From the NCBI GenBank assembly GCA_017537025.1, contig JAFWCB010000005.1, positions 586,104-650,103 on the forward strand: a DNA stretch of 64,000 nucleotides, read 5' to 3'. Positions 1-9,967 of this stretch are shown piece by piece (positions within the stretch are counted from its first letter, which is position 1; each line of letters begins with the position of its first letter). Position numbers and translations under genes: made by a program. Origin of the DNA: Sediminibacterium sp. (GTDB lineage: Bacteria; Bacteroidota; Bacteroidia; Chitinophagales; Chitinophagaceae). Below the pieces are notes generated by a model. The model ran no database searches. It was not told the DNA's origin and was given only the letters and a program-made list of their open reading frames with translations.

Positions 1-33
1 CTTACATCTTTTCCACGCCGGCGCAAAGGCCTA

Positions 34-41
34 TAAATTTG
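34..41 (+). promoter_or_regulatory. Bacteroidota sigma-A -7 promoter element (TAAATTTG) for the MerR-family gene
   Basis: Exact TAnnTTTG match 25 nt upstream of the GTG start at 67. Confidence 0.6.
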
Positions 42-66
42 AAAAACGAAATACTAATTTTACCAA

Positions 67-636
67 GTGGCAAATACAGAACATCAACAATTAGATCTTT
101 TCGGATTACCGATAGCTGAAAAGTCGGCTCCAAAGAAGAAATTAACCCCCACTTACCCTAAGCCTCCAAAAATGGAGCAGCCCGCTGAGATAGTATATGC
201 GAGTGAGCAGATAGTAGTGAAGGTGAAAAAGGAAGAAGGAAAAAGAGGAAGGAAATCTTTTAAAGAAATTGATGCCACTGTGGATTTGATAGAAGTACCC
301 GACGAGCAAACGCTTTCACAAAAATTATATTATAGCATAAGTGAGGTGGCAAGCTGGTTTAAAGTAAATACCTCTTTACTTCGCTACTGGGAAAATGAAT
401 TTGATATTTTACAACCCCGTAAAACCCGCAAAGGGGATAGATTATTTAGGGTAGAAGATATAAAAAACTTACAGCTTATTTATTTTTTGCTAAGGCAACG
501 GAAGTTTTCGATCGAAGGAGCTAAAGCCTATTTGAAATCTAATAAGCAGAAAATTGATACAGAAACTAAATTAGTAAATACCTTAACAGGATTGAAGGAG
601 TTTTTGTTAGCCCTAAAAGCATCTCTTCATAATTAA
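67..636 (+). CDS. MerR-family HTH protein with long N-terminal extension
   Basis: C-terminal YYSISEVASWFKVNTSLLRYWENEF...RKTRKGDRLF is the MerR HTH-wing pattern; N-terminal ~85 aa Pro/Lys/Glu-rich. Confidence 0.85.
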   Translation: MANTEHQQLDLFGLPIAEKSAPKKKLTPTYPKPPKMEQPAEIVYASEQIVVKVKKEEGKRGRKSFKEIDATVDLIEVPDEQTLSQKLYYSISEVASWFKVNTSLLRYWENEFDILQPRKTRKGDRLFRVEDIKNLQLIYFLLRQRKFSIEGAKAYLKSNKQKIDTETKLVNTLTGLKEFLLALKASLHN

Positions 637-1727
637 GCATTATTTTCTTTGATGACAATATCTGTTGAAGCTCCTGCTAGCCTTAGCTTATTTTCTTCTA
701 TGGCTGAAATAACCATCAAATAGATCTCTTCCCTATGATTTAAAAATTGATCCACCGTTTCATCCATAGAGCCAAAATACTCTAAAGATATTACATGAGC
801 ATTCTTTCCGGTATCAACTAAATGTACCTGAGGATTTTGTACGAAGGATTGAACTAGTTTTTGTTTAATAGCAGAAAGTAGATTGGTTATTGACTGTGAA
901 TTGGCATTGATGTCGATTTCAACTTTCAACTCAGCTTTTCTCTGTGTACGGAGTGATATATTATCTACAATAGTATCAACCATTTGCTTATTAGGAACAG
1001 AAATAAAAGTTTTTTCCAGCGTGCGAATTCTAGTACTCCTTAGTCCAATTTTTTCAACAGTACCGGAAAAGCCATTTACTTTTACAAGATCACCAACCGT
1101 AAATGGTTTATCAAAGAATATTATAAATGAAGCGATAAGATTTTCCATACTCTCCCGAGTAGCTAAAGCAATTGCAGCTCCTACGATACTTAAACCGGTT
1201 AATACACTACTGATATCTTTATTAAAAGAGAATCGGATAATCATCAAAACCCCTATAATTACAACAATTGCTTTGAAAAAATCTTTGAAGAAAATGATGA
1301 ACTGATTATCTGTTTGATCCGGAGTAAGATTGGCCTTCGCTTCTAGTATTAAAGCAACAAAGTCAATGAATCGCCTTACCAACCATATAAATACAACAAT
1401 GATAACTCCATCCGCCAAGGCATCCACTACACTATGTAGCGAAACCCTATATATGGTAATATTAAGAACTGTAGGGAATCTTAGTTTATCAAGAGATGCG
1501 ATCGTAATCAGTAATATCAAGAAGTAATCTAGTGGCTCTACTACTAATGCCAAGAATGATTCTCGAGCAATTGACTTACCGGCTTTTCCTATAAAGCGAA
1601 ATAATAACCGGGCAATATATTTAGAAGTAATCCTTTTTAATAAAAGGCCTATAGAAATTGCTATTACAACGAATAAATAATTTTTGATTGGATTATCTAA
1701 AATAATTTGTTCAAGTATTTTTTCCAT
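633..1727 (-). CDS. Small-conductance mechanosensitive channel (MscS family)
   Basis: Several TM helices and the signature DKPFTVGDLVKVNGFSGTVEKIGLRSTRIRT; start moved to ATG 1727 (MEKIL) to avoid overlap with lpxH. Confidence 0.9.
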   Translation of the reverse strand: MEKILEQIILDNPIKNYLFVVIAISIGLLLKRITSKYIARLLFRFIGKAGKSIARESFLALVVEPLDYFLILLITIASLDKLRFPTVLNITIYRVSLHSVVDALADGVIIVVFIWLVRRFIDFVALILEAKANLTPDQTDNQFIIFFKDFFKAIVVIIGVLMIIRFSFNKDISSVLTGLSIVGAAIALATRESMENLIASFIIFFDKPFTVGDLVKVNGFSGTVEKIGLRSTRIRTLEKTFISVPNKQMVDTIVDNISLRTQRKAELKVEIDINANSQSITNLLSAIKQKLVQSFVQNPQVHLVDTGKNAHVISLEYFGSMDETVDQFLNHREEIYLMVISAIEENKLRLAGASTDIVIKENNA

Positions 1728-1731
1728 AAAC

Positions 1732-2493
1732 TTATTCGTACTTTTTAAGTTCAACTACGCTTCCATCAAAACTTGCATACGTAAAATTACGAATCCAATC
1801 TCCCAAATTAATATACCGGCTATTATTATTTAAAGCGAAATCAATTGGGTAATGCCTATGACCGAAAATAAAATAATCAACTGCTTTTTGAGTCAGTATT
1901 TCTTTACAATAAAGGATAAGCCATTCTTTATCCTCCCCCAAAAATGCTTCATCGGCAGTACCTGTTTTCTCTCTACTTTTTTTACTGAAATAATTGGCAA
2001 TACCGATTCCCCAATTAGGGTGTAAAATCCCAAATAACCATTGGCAAATAGGATTACGGAATATTTTTTTTAAGAATTTATAGCCATGGTCATCCGGACC
2101 CAGCCCATCACCATGACCAATTAAAAATCTTTTTTCATTCCATACAAACTCTTTGGGATCATGAAATACAGGTATATTCAATTCTTCTTCAAAATACCCA
2201 CTCATCCACATATCGTGATTACCACTAAAAACATAAACAGGAATATTGTAGTCTGTAAGGGAAGCTAATGTACCTAAAAGCCTGGTGTAGTATTTGGGTA
2301 CTGCTTTTTTGTATTCAAACCAAAAATCGAATATATCTCCAACAATAAAAATAGCTGCGGCTGTAGGCTCTATTTCATGCAAAAAGCGAATAATTTTTTT
2401 TTCTCTCTCCAAGCTAGCGGCATAATTTGGCGCCCCTAAATGAAAATCGGAGAGAAAATATATTTTTTTGCCGGATGGAATTTTAGTAATCAT
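1732..2493 (-). CDS. lpxH: UDP-2,3-diacylglucosamine diphosphatase (calcineurin-like metallophosphoesterase)
   Basis: Motifs SDFHLG, GDIFD, GNHD, GHGD, FGHRH; conserved Bacteroidota position downstream of ftsH-LUD. Confidence 0.8.
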   Translation of the reverse strand: MITKIPSGKKIYFLSDFHLGAPNYAASLEREKKIIRFLHEIEPTAAAIFIVGDIFDFWFEYKKAVPKYYTRLLGTLASLTDYNIPVYVFSGNHDMWMSGYFEEELNIPVFHDPKEFVWNEKRFLIGHGDGLGPDDHGYKFLKKIFRNPICQWLFGILHPNWGIGIANYFSKKSREKTGTADEAFLGEDKEWLILYCKEILTQKAVDYFIFGHRHYPIDFALNNNSRYINLGDWIRNFTYASFDGSVVELKKYE

Positions 2494-2500
2494 GCTTTTA

Positions 2501-3133
2501 CTATTGCTGTACTAAAAAACAAAATACTTCTTTTGGTCCATGTACGCCAACAACTAATGTTTTTTCAATATCTGCTGTTCTACTGGGGCCGGTAGCTAAA
2601 CTCACTAATGATGGGAAATGAGCGCCGTACTTTTCTCTTAATCGCATCAAAGCATCATCTGTATCATGAAGCAGCTGAGAGCTATAAGCAATACAAATAT
2701 GTACCGGTGTGTACACACTTGTTGTTCTTCCACTTTCAGAAGCACTACTTAATAATATGCTACCTGTTCTGGCTACCAGATATTCACAACCGGTAATGGC
2801 ACAGTCGCAACTATTCAAATCATCGGAATATTGCAGCCCTAGTCCTGCTGCTGCTAAATTATTTTGTAAGGCAATTTCTCTACAGAATAACTTATCCCAT
2901 TTACGAGTTTCGATGAGTGTTTTGAGTTGTATGATTAACTCTGATTCGTTAGCGCAGTAAGAAAACCTTCCTTGAAGGTTACTAAAATTTGAAGCAAACT
3001 CAAGTGCTAGATCTTCCTCTTCGGAACAAGTGAATTGAGTTGGATTCAGCGGTACAGCAGGAAAGGGAACAGGCACTTTATGTTGAAGTGCCTGTTTTAT
3101 TTTTTGTAAAATTTGTTCTCTTGAATTACTCAT
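2501..3133 (-). CDS. LUD-domain protein (LutC/YkgG family)
   Basis: [13 protein letters not shown] and [19 protein letters not shown] motifs. Confidence 0.88.
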   Translation of the reverse strand: MSNSREQILQKIKQALQHKVPVPFPAVPLNPTQFTCSEEEDLALEFASNFSNLQGRFSYCANESELIIQLKTLIETRKWDKLFCREIALQNNLAAAGLGLQYSDDLNSCDCAITGCEYLVARTGSILLSSASESGRTTSVYTPVHICIAYSSQLLHDTDDALMRLREKYGAHFPSLVSLATGPSRTADIEKTLVVGVHGPKEVFCFLVQQ

Positions 3134-5181
3134 ACTGTTGCCTCTGCGTTCTCTGTATTATTAGTAGGAGATTCTTTTTGTGTATGACCGTTTACTTGCT
3201 CAGGTTCTATTTCGAGAATTTTTTTCTCTTCAAAAGGACGTTTTCCGATCAAGTTCTCTACATCGCTTTTATGCAATACTTCTTTATCTAATAATTCTTT
3301 AGCGAGAGTTTCTACCTGATGCCTTTTTTCACGGAGCAAATCTAATGTTCGTTCATACGCAGCATCAATAATATTACGAACTTCTTCATCAATAATTTTA
3401 CCTGTTTCTTCGCTATACGGTTTCGTGAAACTGTTTTCTTGTGAAGGATCGTAAAAGCTCACATTACCCACTTTTTTATTCATACCATAGGCAGTAACCA
3501 TGCTATAAGCAATTCGGGTAATTTGTTGTAAATCGTTTGATGCCCCGGTAGAAATTTTTCCGAAGAAAATTTCTTCAGCGGCTCTTCCCCCCAAAGTCAT
3601 ACAAATTTGATCCATCAGTTGATCTGTATTGTATAAGTATTGTTCTGTAGGTGTATACTGTGCATAGCCAAGTGCTGCTGTACCTCTTGGTACAATCGTA
3701 ACTTTAAGCAAAGGATACGCATGTTCTAAATACCAGCCACATACAGCATGACCTGCTTCATGATAGGCGATAATCGATTTTTCATGTGGAGCAATGATTT
3801 TATTTTTCTTTTCAAGCCCGCCAATTACTCTGTCGATCGCATCTTGAAAATCGCTCATATCAACTGCTTCTTTACCTTTACGGGCAGCAATTAAGGCAGC
3901 TTCATTACATACATTAGCAATATCCGCACCTGCAAAACCCGGAGTTTGCTCAGCTAACTTATGTAAGTCGAGGGTTTCGGAAACTTTAATAGGTTGTAAG
4001 TGAACCTTCAAAATAGCTTCTCTACCTTTTACATCCGGTTTATCAATTGAAATTTGTCTATCAAACCTGCCTGGCCTTAACAAGGCACTATCCAAAACAT
4101 CGGGTCTATTTGTAGCAGCAAGGATAATAATACCGGTATCACCGCCAAAGCCATCCATTTCTACCAACAATTGGTTCAAGGTATTTTCGCGCTCATCATT
4201 ACTCATGATAGCGTTTCTACCCCTTGCTCTACCAATGGCATCAATCTCATCAATGAAAATAATACAAGGAGCTTTTTCACGTGCTTGCTTGAACAAATCG
4301 CGTACTCGACTGGCTCCCACTCCCACAAACATTTCTACGAAATCACTACCACTAAGGCTAAAAAATGGCACTTGGGCTTCTCCGGCCATAGCTTTTGCTA
4401 ACAAGGTTTTACCGGTTCCAGGAGGGCCTACCAATAATGCACCTTTGGGTATTTTACCACCGAGTGATGTATATTTCTTGGGGTTTTTTAGAAAATCCAC
4501 AATCTCCATCACTTCTACTTTTGCTTCATCTAACCCGGCAACATCCGCAAATGTGATATTTACTTTGGTTCCTTTTTCAAATAGTGTTGCTTTTGATTTG
4601 CCAATATTAAAAATTCCACCGGGGCCACCGCCGCCTGAAGGACCGCCCATTTTCCGCATTAATAAAACCCAAACACCTACAATTAGTAAAAGTGATAATA
4701 CAGTATTAAAAACGGGACCAAACCATTCCGGATCAGCCTCAATTTTTGAAGGTACCTCGGTTAAATTCGGGACTGCTTTATAAGCATCTTTTAGATCATC
4801 GGCAAATACCTTGTAATCGGCATAGCCAAATTCAAATAGAGGAACGTTGGTTACTTTTGATTTATCCTTACTCAAATCTTTATTGAACTTCTTTATATAA
4901 TAATCTTTGCTCAAGCTATCAGGAAAAATATAAACCCTGATTTTTTTCTTGTTTTCTATAATATCAAAGCGTTGTACATCCCCCTTTTTTAACATGTTAT
5001 TGATAAAGTCCATCTGAGAAATGGTGGTGAGATCGGGACTAAATCGCATCAATTGTGCAGCAATTATAAAAATCAATAAGATTCCGTAAATCCAATACAC
5101 GCTGAATTTCGGTCCTTTTTTGGGGCTCTCTCCTTTTTCAAAATTCGGTCCGCTTTTTTGCGGTTTGTTTTCCTGTGCCAT
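3130..5181 (-). CDS. ftsH: ATP-dependent zinc metalloprotease FtsH
   Basis: Two TM helices, Walker A GPPGTGKT, Walker [30 protein letters not shown], zinc motif HEAGH. Confidence 0.98.
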   Translation of the reverse strand: MAQENKPQKSGPNFEKGESPKKGPKFSVYWIYGILLIFIIAAQLMRFSPDLTTISQMDFINNMLKKGDVQRFDIIENKKKIRVYIFPDSLSKDYYIKKFNKDLSKDKSKVTNVPLFEFGYADYKVFADDLKDAYKAVPNLTEVPSKIEADPEWFGPVFNTVLSLLLIVGVWVLLMRKMGGPSGGGGPGGIFNIGKSKATLFEKGTKVNITFADVAGLDEAKVEVMEIVDFLKNPKKYTSLGGKIPKGALLVGPPGTGKTLLAKAMAGEAQVPFFSLSGSDFVEMFVGVGASRVRDLFKQAREKAPCIIFIDEIDAIGRARGRNAIMSNDERENTLNQLLVEMDGFGGDTGIIILAATNRPDVLDSALLRPGRFDRQISIDKPDVKGREAILKVHLQPIKVSETLDLHKLAEQTPGFAGADIANVCNEAALIAARKGKEAVDMSDFQDAIDRVIGGLEKKNKIIAPHEKSIIAYHEAGHAVCGWYLEHAYPLLKVTIVPRGTAALGYAQYTPTEQYLYNTDQLMDQICMTLGGRAAEEIFFGKISTGASNDLQQITRIAYSMVTAYGMNKKVGNVSFYDPSQENSFTKPYSEETGKIIDEEVRNIIDAAYERTLDLLREKRHQVETLAKELLDKEVLHKSDVENLIGKRPFEEKKILEIEPEQVNGHTQKESPTNNTENAEATV

Positions 5182-5243
5182 AAATACTCCTCTTGTCTAC
5201 TATTAAATATAATGTTTAAACCTTATAAAAGTTCGGTAATTTA

Positions 5244-5645
5244 TTATTCATGCCCTTGTGCTACAGCATCGCTCCACATATCTTCTAGTTTATAAAACCT
5301 GCGCGATTCCGGATGCATTACATGTACTACAATATTTATATAATCTATTAAAACCCACTGTGCAGCCTGCTTTCCTTCGTGCTTATAGGGTGCTTCATTA
5401 CACACTCTTTTAACCTCCGACTCAATAAAATCACTGATAGCTTTTATTTGGGTGGTACTGGATGCCTCGCAAACAACAAAAAAATCGGCAGAAGCTTCCG
5501 GTATTTTACGTAAATCCAAACTAATTACATGTTCTCCTTTTTTGTCTAGAATAGCCTGAATAACCGTCTTAAAGATTTTAGAATTTCTGGATAACCGCGT
5601 TACCGCTTTTTTCTCGCGGGATGAAAGCACTGAAAGAGGTTCCAA
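5244..5645 (-). CDS. rsfS: Ribosome silencing factor RsfS
   Basis: DKKGEHVISLDL, DFFVVCEASSTTQIKAI, WVLIDY and RRFYKLEDMW motifs. Confidence 0.93.
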   Translation of the reverse strand: MEPLSVLSSREKKAVTRLSRNSKIFKTVIQAILDKKGEHVISLDLRKIPEASADFFVVCEASSTTQIKAISDFIESEVKRVCNEAPYKHEGKQAAQWVLIDYINIVVHVMHPESRRFYKLEDMWSDAVAQGHE

Positions 5646-5677
5646 TAATGAAGGGTTTAATGAATAAATGTTAACCT

Positions 5678-5694
5678 TATCTTCGTCAAAAATA
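5678..5694. promoter_or_regulatory. Back-to-back divergent -7 elements: TATCTTCG (+, birA; variant) and TATTTTTG (-, rsfS-ftsH operon)
   Basis: 5678-5685 on + and reverse complement of 5687-5694, in the short divergent intergenic region. Confidence 0.55.
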
Positions 5695-5726
5695 ACAATT
5701 CTTTGTTAGGATTACCTGTTAAAACC

Positions 5727-6464
5727 ATGATTGGTGAACCGTTTATAGAATTATCTGCCGTAAATAGTACCAACATTTATGCCATGAGCCAGTTACAGGC
5801 AAATTTGGCTGAACATGGAGCTGCTGTTTTTGCCCATCATCAATTTGAAGGAAAGGGACAAAGAGGTAAGAAATGGCAAGCTAGCCCATCTAAAAACCTT
5901 ATCTTATCTGTAATAATTAATATAAAACCCCTAGCAACTAGCCCTATTTTTGGCTTACACTCCTTTTCCACTTTAGCCTGTATCGATTTATTAAAATTGA
6001 TTATACCTGATGAATTATTTATAAAATGGCCGAATGATATTTATTGGCGTGACAGAAAGGCAGGTGGTATTTTAATCGAAACAGTTGTTCGAGAGGGAAT
6101 TCCGCAATTTGCCATTGTAGGAATTGGTTTGAATATCAATGAAGATATTTTTCCCGATTTACTTAAAAAAGCGGTTTCTATTAAACAAATTACGGGAAAA
6201 GAGCATCAACCCATTGAGCTGGCCAAAAAATTATGTGTGCTTTTAAACGACCGTTATGAATCTTTGGTTGCAGGTAATATGCACCAGCAGCTTCAAGAGT
6301 TCAATAGCTATTTGTTTAAACGTAATGAAATGGTAAAGTTGAAAAAAGATAATGCCATTGCCAATTATCTTATCAAAGAAGTAAATACGAGTGGCGAATT
6401 AGTGGTACAAGCCGGTATTACTCATCAATTCCGATTTGGGGAGGTAGAATGGCTAACTTATTAG
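5727..6464 (+). CDS. birA: Biotin--[acetyl-CoA carboxylase] ligase (group I, no N-terminal HTH)
   Basis: STN, QFEGKGQRGKKW, KWPNDI, KAGGILIE, GIGLN motifs; start moved to ATG 5727. Confidence 0.93.
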   Translation: MIGEPFIELSAVNSTNIYAMSQLQANLAEHGAAVFAHHQFEGKGQRGKKWQASPSKNLILSVIINIKPLATSPIFGLHSFSTLACIDLLKLIIPDELFIKWPNDIYWRDRKAGGILIETVVREGIPQFAIVGIGLNINEDIFPDLLKKAVSIKQITGKEHQPIELAKKLCVLLNDRYESLVAGNMHQQLQEFNSYLFKRNEMVKLKKDNAIANYLIKEVNTSGELVVQAGITHQFRFGEVEWLTY

Positions 6465-6472
6465 TATTTATT

Positions 6473-6480
6473 TAGCTTTG
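6473..6480 (+). promoter_or_regulatory. -7 promoter element (TAGCTTTG) for selD
   Basis: Exact TAnnTTTG 13 nt upstream of ATG 6494. Confidence 0.6.
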
Positions 6481-6493
6481 GGTAAAACTTACG

Positions 6494-7546
6494 ATGGAAT
6501 CTATCAGGCTTACCTCTTTTTCCAAAGGCTCTGGATGTGGATGCAAAATTGCACCTGCAGTATTACAAGAAATACTTCAATCTGGCAATAAACCAGTTTT
6601 TACAGATAAACTTTTAGTAGGCTATCAATCAAATGACGATGCGGCTGTTTATCTCCTAAACGAAGAAAAAGCCATTATTAGTACCACCGATTTTTTTACC
6701 CCTATTGTGGATGATCCTTTTGTATTCGGACAAATAGCTGCCGCCAATGCCATAAGTGATGTGTATGCTATGGGAGGAAGCCCTATTATGGCACTGGCTA
6801 TTTTAGGTTGGCCTGTTGATAAAATTCCTCCTGCTATTGCACAACAAGTTATTGAAGGAGGTAGGGATATTTGTTTACAAGCAGGTATTCCTCTTGCCGG
6901 CGGCCATAGTATCGACGTTCCCGAACCCATATTTGGATTAGCCGTTACCGGTGAAATACATCCAACTCATATCAAAAAAAACAATACTGCTAAACGCAAC
7001 GATTTACTATTACTTACAAAACCCATTGGTATCGGCGTATTAGCCGCCGCACAAAAAAGAGGCATATTAGAAGAATCCGATTTACAGATCTTGGTTAAGC
7101 AACTTACACAACTCAATAAAGTGGGAGAAGCTTTAGGAAAGCTAGAAGGCGTTCATGCCGTTACAGATATAACAGGTTTTGGCTTAATTGGTCATTTAAT
7201 GGAAATGGCCGAAGGAAGTGATCTAGGTGCTGTTATCAACTATTCACAAATACCTATTATTACTGCTGCTAAAAAATTTATTGCACAACGTGTTGTTCCC
7301 GATGCAACTTATAGAAACTGGAATGCATATAGTAAGGAAGTACAGTTTGAAAAAGGAGTAGATGTGATGGAAGCTTTTTCTCTACTACCCGACCCCCAAA
7401 CAAATGGGGGGTTGCTGATCGCAGTAAGTGAAGATGCTTTTACGGATTGTACTGAAGTTTTAAATGAGTTTGGCTTAGCAGCATTCACAAAGCCAATAGG
7501 CAGGCTTACGCAACATGAGGGTAAAAGGATAAAAATCGATTTATAA
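6494..7546 (+). CDS. selD: Selenide, water dikinase (selenophosphate synthetase), Cys-type
   Basis: N-terminal GSGCGCKI (Cys codons TGT/TGC, no TGA), DDAAV, STTDFFTP, GGHS, DITGFGLIGH, DPQTNGGLL. Confidence 0.96.
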   Translation: MESIRLTSFSKGSGCGCKIAPAVLQEILQSGNKPVFTDKLLVGYQSNDDAAVYLLNEEKAIISTTDFFTPIVDDPFVFGQIAAANAISDVYAMGGSPIMALAILGWPVDKIPPAIAQQVIEGGRDICLQAGIPLAGGHSIDVPEPIFGLAVTGEIHPTHIKKNNTAKRNDLLLLTKPIGIGVLAAAQKRGILEESDLQILVKQLTQLNKVGEALGKLEGVHAVTDITGFGLIGHLMEMAEGSDLGAVINYSQIPIITAAKKFIAQRVVPDATYRNWNAYSKEVQFEKGVDVMEAFSLLPDPQTNGGLLIAVSEDAFTDCTEVLNEFGLAAFTKPIGRLTQHEGKRIKIDL

Positions 7547-7774
7547 CAATCCATCAATTTTGGAAGCAAGTGCATGATCTAGTTCGGTAACAGTATTGCC
7601 TGCATCATGTGTATTTAACCATACTTCAACCGTGTTCCAAACATTGGTAAGCTTTGGATGATGATTCATTTTTTCTGCCTCTATAGCTATACGGGCCATA
7701 AAGCCAAAAGCTTCCGAGAAATCTTTGAAGGTGAATTTTCTGTACAATGAATTATCTTTTTCTTCCCATTTCAT
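7541..7774 (-). CDS. phhB: 4a-hydroxytetrahydrobiopterin dehydratase (pterin-4a-carbinolamine dehydratase)
   Basis: FKDFSEAFGFM, AEKMNHHP, LNTHDAG, DHALASKID; 77 aa. Confidence 0.9.
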   Translation of the reverse strand: MKWEEKDNSLYRKFTFKDFSEAFGFMARIAIEAEKMNHHPKLTNVWNTVEVWLNTHDAGNTVTELDHALASKIDGLL

Positions 7775-7784
7775 ATAATATATT

Positions 7785-8219
7785 TTAAAAAATCATATTC
7801 CCTTTGTTCTTAATTTGTTCGTTGGTTAATTCAGCAACGAGCTGTACCCCACTTAAATTTCGTACTGTTTGTAAAATCCAATTACATTTTTCCTGGTCTA
7901 CATAATCGTCTTTCATTAACCATAAAAAATCCATATGCTTAAACTCGGGTAATAAATATTCCCCATCAAATTGATTTTGGTAGAGATAATGCGTTAAGGG
8001 TGTTGTAGGCTCTTTGAATTGATAGATAGAAAAAAAATAATTTCGATTTTTTCTTTTCAATTGTATCTCAATTTCAGGATTCAGTCTAAAATTATATCCC
8101 AGTTTATTATTTAGTTGCATACAAAACTGATAGTTCTTTACCGTTGCTGTAATACCTAGCAAACGAGTTCCCTCAAAAAACTCCTCATTAATTAAATCAA
8201 CATCTAAACTCAGTTTCAT
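7785..8219 (-). CDS. IPExxxVDY-family protein (Bacteroidota conserved hypothetical)
   Basis: LLPEFKHMDFLW matches the family's eponymous motif; size 144 aa. Confidence 0.7.
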   Translation of the reverse strand: MKLSLDVDLINEEFFEGTRLLGITATVKNYQFCMQLNNKLGYNFRLNPEIEIQLKRKNRNYFFSIYQFKEPTTPLTHYLYQNQFDGEYLLPEFKHMDFLWLMKDDYVDQEKCNWILQTVRNLSGVQLVAELTNEQIKNKGNMIF

Positions 8220-8227
8220 ACGAGCTA

Positions 8228-9871
8228 TTAAAATTCAATTTCTACTTGCTTTTCTTCACTGCCCCTTTTAAATATTAAAATAGTTTTATCGCCTTTTTTA
8301 AATTTTGAAAGCGATTGCATATAACTGTTCACATCTACAAACTTATAAGATCCTAACTGTAATAATATATCTCCTGCTTGTAACCCTTTTTTCTCTGCCA
8401 GTTTTCCTGCACTTACGCCATCTATACGCATACCGGTACCGGAGAATCCGTAATCGGGTATTACACCTAAACTAACTGTAAAACGAGTGCTTCGCCCCAT
8501 TTGTTGCTCAGCAGTTTTAGTAAAAGCGATCTTTCCCTTACCATCTGTTAGTTCAATAGTTTTATACACTAAGCGTACAATATCTTTTTGTCCTTTATAA
8601 TTTATTTTGTTCCAATCGTCAGTTGATTTATGATAATCACTATGACTTCCTGTAAATAAAAATAAAACCGGAATATCTTTTCTATAAAAACTGGCATGAT
8701 CACTAGGCCCACTACCTGCGCTATCTATTTTATACATAAATCCATTAGCTGCTGCGGGTACTATTGTACTCCATTCCGGTGATGTTCCATAACCGCCAAT
8801 CGTGAGTTTTTTTGCCGTATCGTATCTCCCCACCATATCCATATTAATCATATAATTGGCATTTACTTTTACAGTAGGATTTTCTAGCCAGTATTTACTA
8901 CCCAATAAACCCAATTCTTCTCCCGAAAAATGCATTATTAAATAATTGTTATTACCCGGTGACTTCGTTTTGAGCAATCGAGCTAATTCCATTAAAGCAG
9001 CTGTACCACTGGCATTATCATCGGCCCCATTGTGAATAATATGACCGGTATCAAGCGCATTTTTATCTTCTCCAAAACCTAAATGATCATAATGTGCCCC
9101 AAGTATAACTGTGTTTGCTGCTTTATTATCTATTAAACCAATAATATTATATGCTTTGCGGGTTTTACTTAAAAAACCAAGCTGTAATTCTATATTAATT
9201 GAGGCTGTATGATCGTGTAAATATTTTTTTACCACCTCTGTTGTAAAATAAATTACAGGAATAGCAGTAATAGCCGACTTATCGTTTTTATTAAACTGGA
9301 TATTATCTACTAATCCAGAGCTATTATATAAAAAAAATGCAGTTGCCTTTTTAGCAGCTGCATTGGCTGCTTCTCTTTTAATGAATTCTTCTATTTCAAA
9401 ATGTGGATTAGTTTTATTTTCTTCTAAAACATCTTTCAAATCTTTAAACCAAGGTATCCCGCTTTCATTCATAGCCATCGATGGATTACCTTTTATATAC
9501 CCTTCTTTACTAAAAGCTAATGGTATATAATCTTCATTTAGTTCGAGCTGTTTGCCATCTACTTTTAGAAAACTATTACTGGCAACTTGTTTCCCTTCAT
9601 TAATTTCAAATTCTTGTATATATTCATTGGAGCCGGCCGGTAACAACCCTAGTTGTTTATATTGTGCTACAATATATTCCCTAGCTAATTGCTCTCCTTT
9701 CGTGCCCGTTCTTCTTCCCTCGAGTTTATCATCTGCTAAATATTGAACATGCTTTTGCAAATTGGCTACTATTTGCGCATCTTCCTTTTCTAATGCAAAA
9801 CGCTGCTTACGCTTGCTTTGTGCTACTAAAAAAACCGGACTTACCACCATTAAAAGCATCCATTTTCTCAT
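8228..9871 (-). CDS. Secreted M28-family metallo-aminopeptidase with C-terminal PDZ domain
   Basis: Signal peptide; GAHYDHLG, GADDNASG, GEELGL, NMDMVG, SDH, YHKSTD; PDZ-like LGVIPDY...GLQAGDILLQ. Confidence 0.9.
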   Translation of the reverse strand: MRKWMLLMVVSPVFLVAQSKRKQRFALEKEDAQIVANLQKHVQYLADDKLEGRRTGTKGEQLAREYIVAQYKQLGLLPAGSNEYIQEFEINEGKQVASNSFLKVDGKQLELNEDYIPLAFSKEGYIKGNPSMAMNESGIPWFKDLKDVLEENKTNPHFEIEEFIKREAANAAAKKATAFFLYNSSGLVDNIQFNKNDKSAITAIPVIYFTTEVVKKYLHDHTASINIELQLGFLSKTRKAYNIIGLIDNKAANTVILGAHYDHLGFGEDKNALDTGHIIHNGADDNASGTAALMELARLLKTKSPGNNNYLIMHFSGEELGLLGSKYWLENPTVKVNANYMINMDMVGRYDTAKKLTIGGYGTSPEWSTIVPAAANGFMYKIDSAGSGPSDHASFYRKDIPVLFLFTGSHSDYHKSTDDWNKINYKGQKDIVRLVYKTIELTDGKGKIAFTKTAEQQMGRSTRFTVSLGVIPDYGFSGTGMRIDGVSAGKLAEKKGLQAGDILLQLGSYKFVDVNSYMQSLSKFKKGDKTILIFKRGSEEKQVEIEF

Positions 9872-9888
9872 AAAATCAGTTTGTGTAG

Positions 9889-9896
9889 CAAAAATA
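9889..9896 (-). promoter_or_regulatory. -7 promoter element (TATTTTTG) for the M28 peptidase gene
   Basis: Reverse complement of caaaaata, 17 nt upstream of ATG 9871. Confidence 0.55.
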
Positions 9897-9955
9897 CATG
9901 GTTACAGCTTTTTATTCTCTTCCCGATATCGTAACCTTATCCAAAAAGCAGCGCT

Positions 9956-9963
9956 TAGCTTTG
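9956..9963 (+). promoter_or_regulatory. -7 promoter element (TAGCTTTG) for feoB
   Basis: Exact match, 4 nt before the TTG start at 9968. Confidence 0.55.
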
Positions 9964-9967
9964 CAAC

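Noticed and set aside
6494-6560. Selenocysteine recoding in selD or the DUF3179 CxxC
   Set aside because: All relevant codons are TGT/TGC; no in-frame TGA
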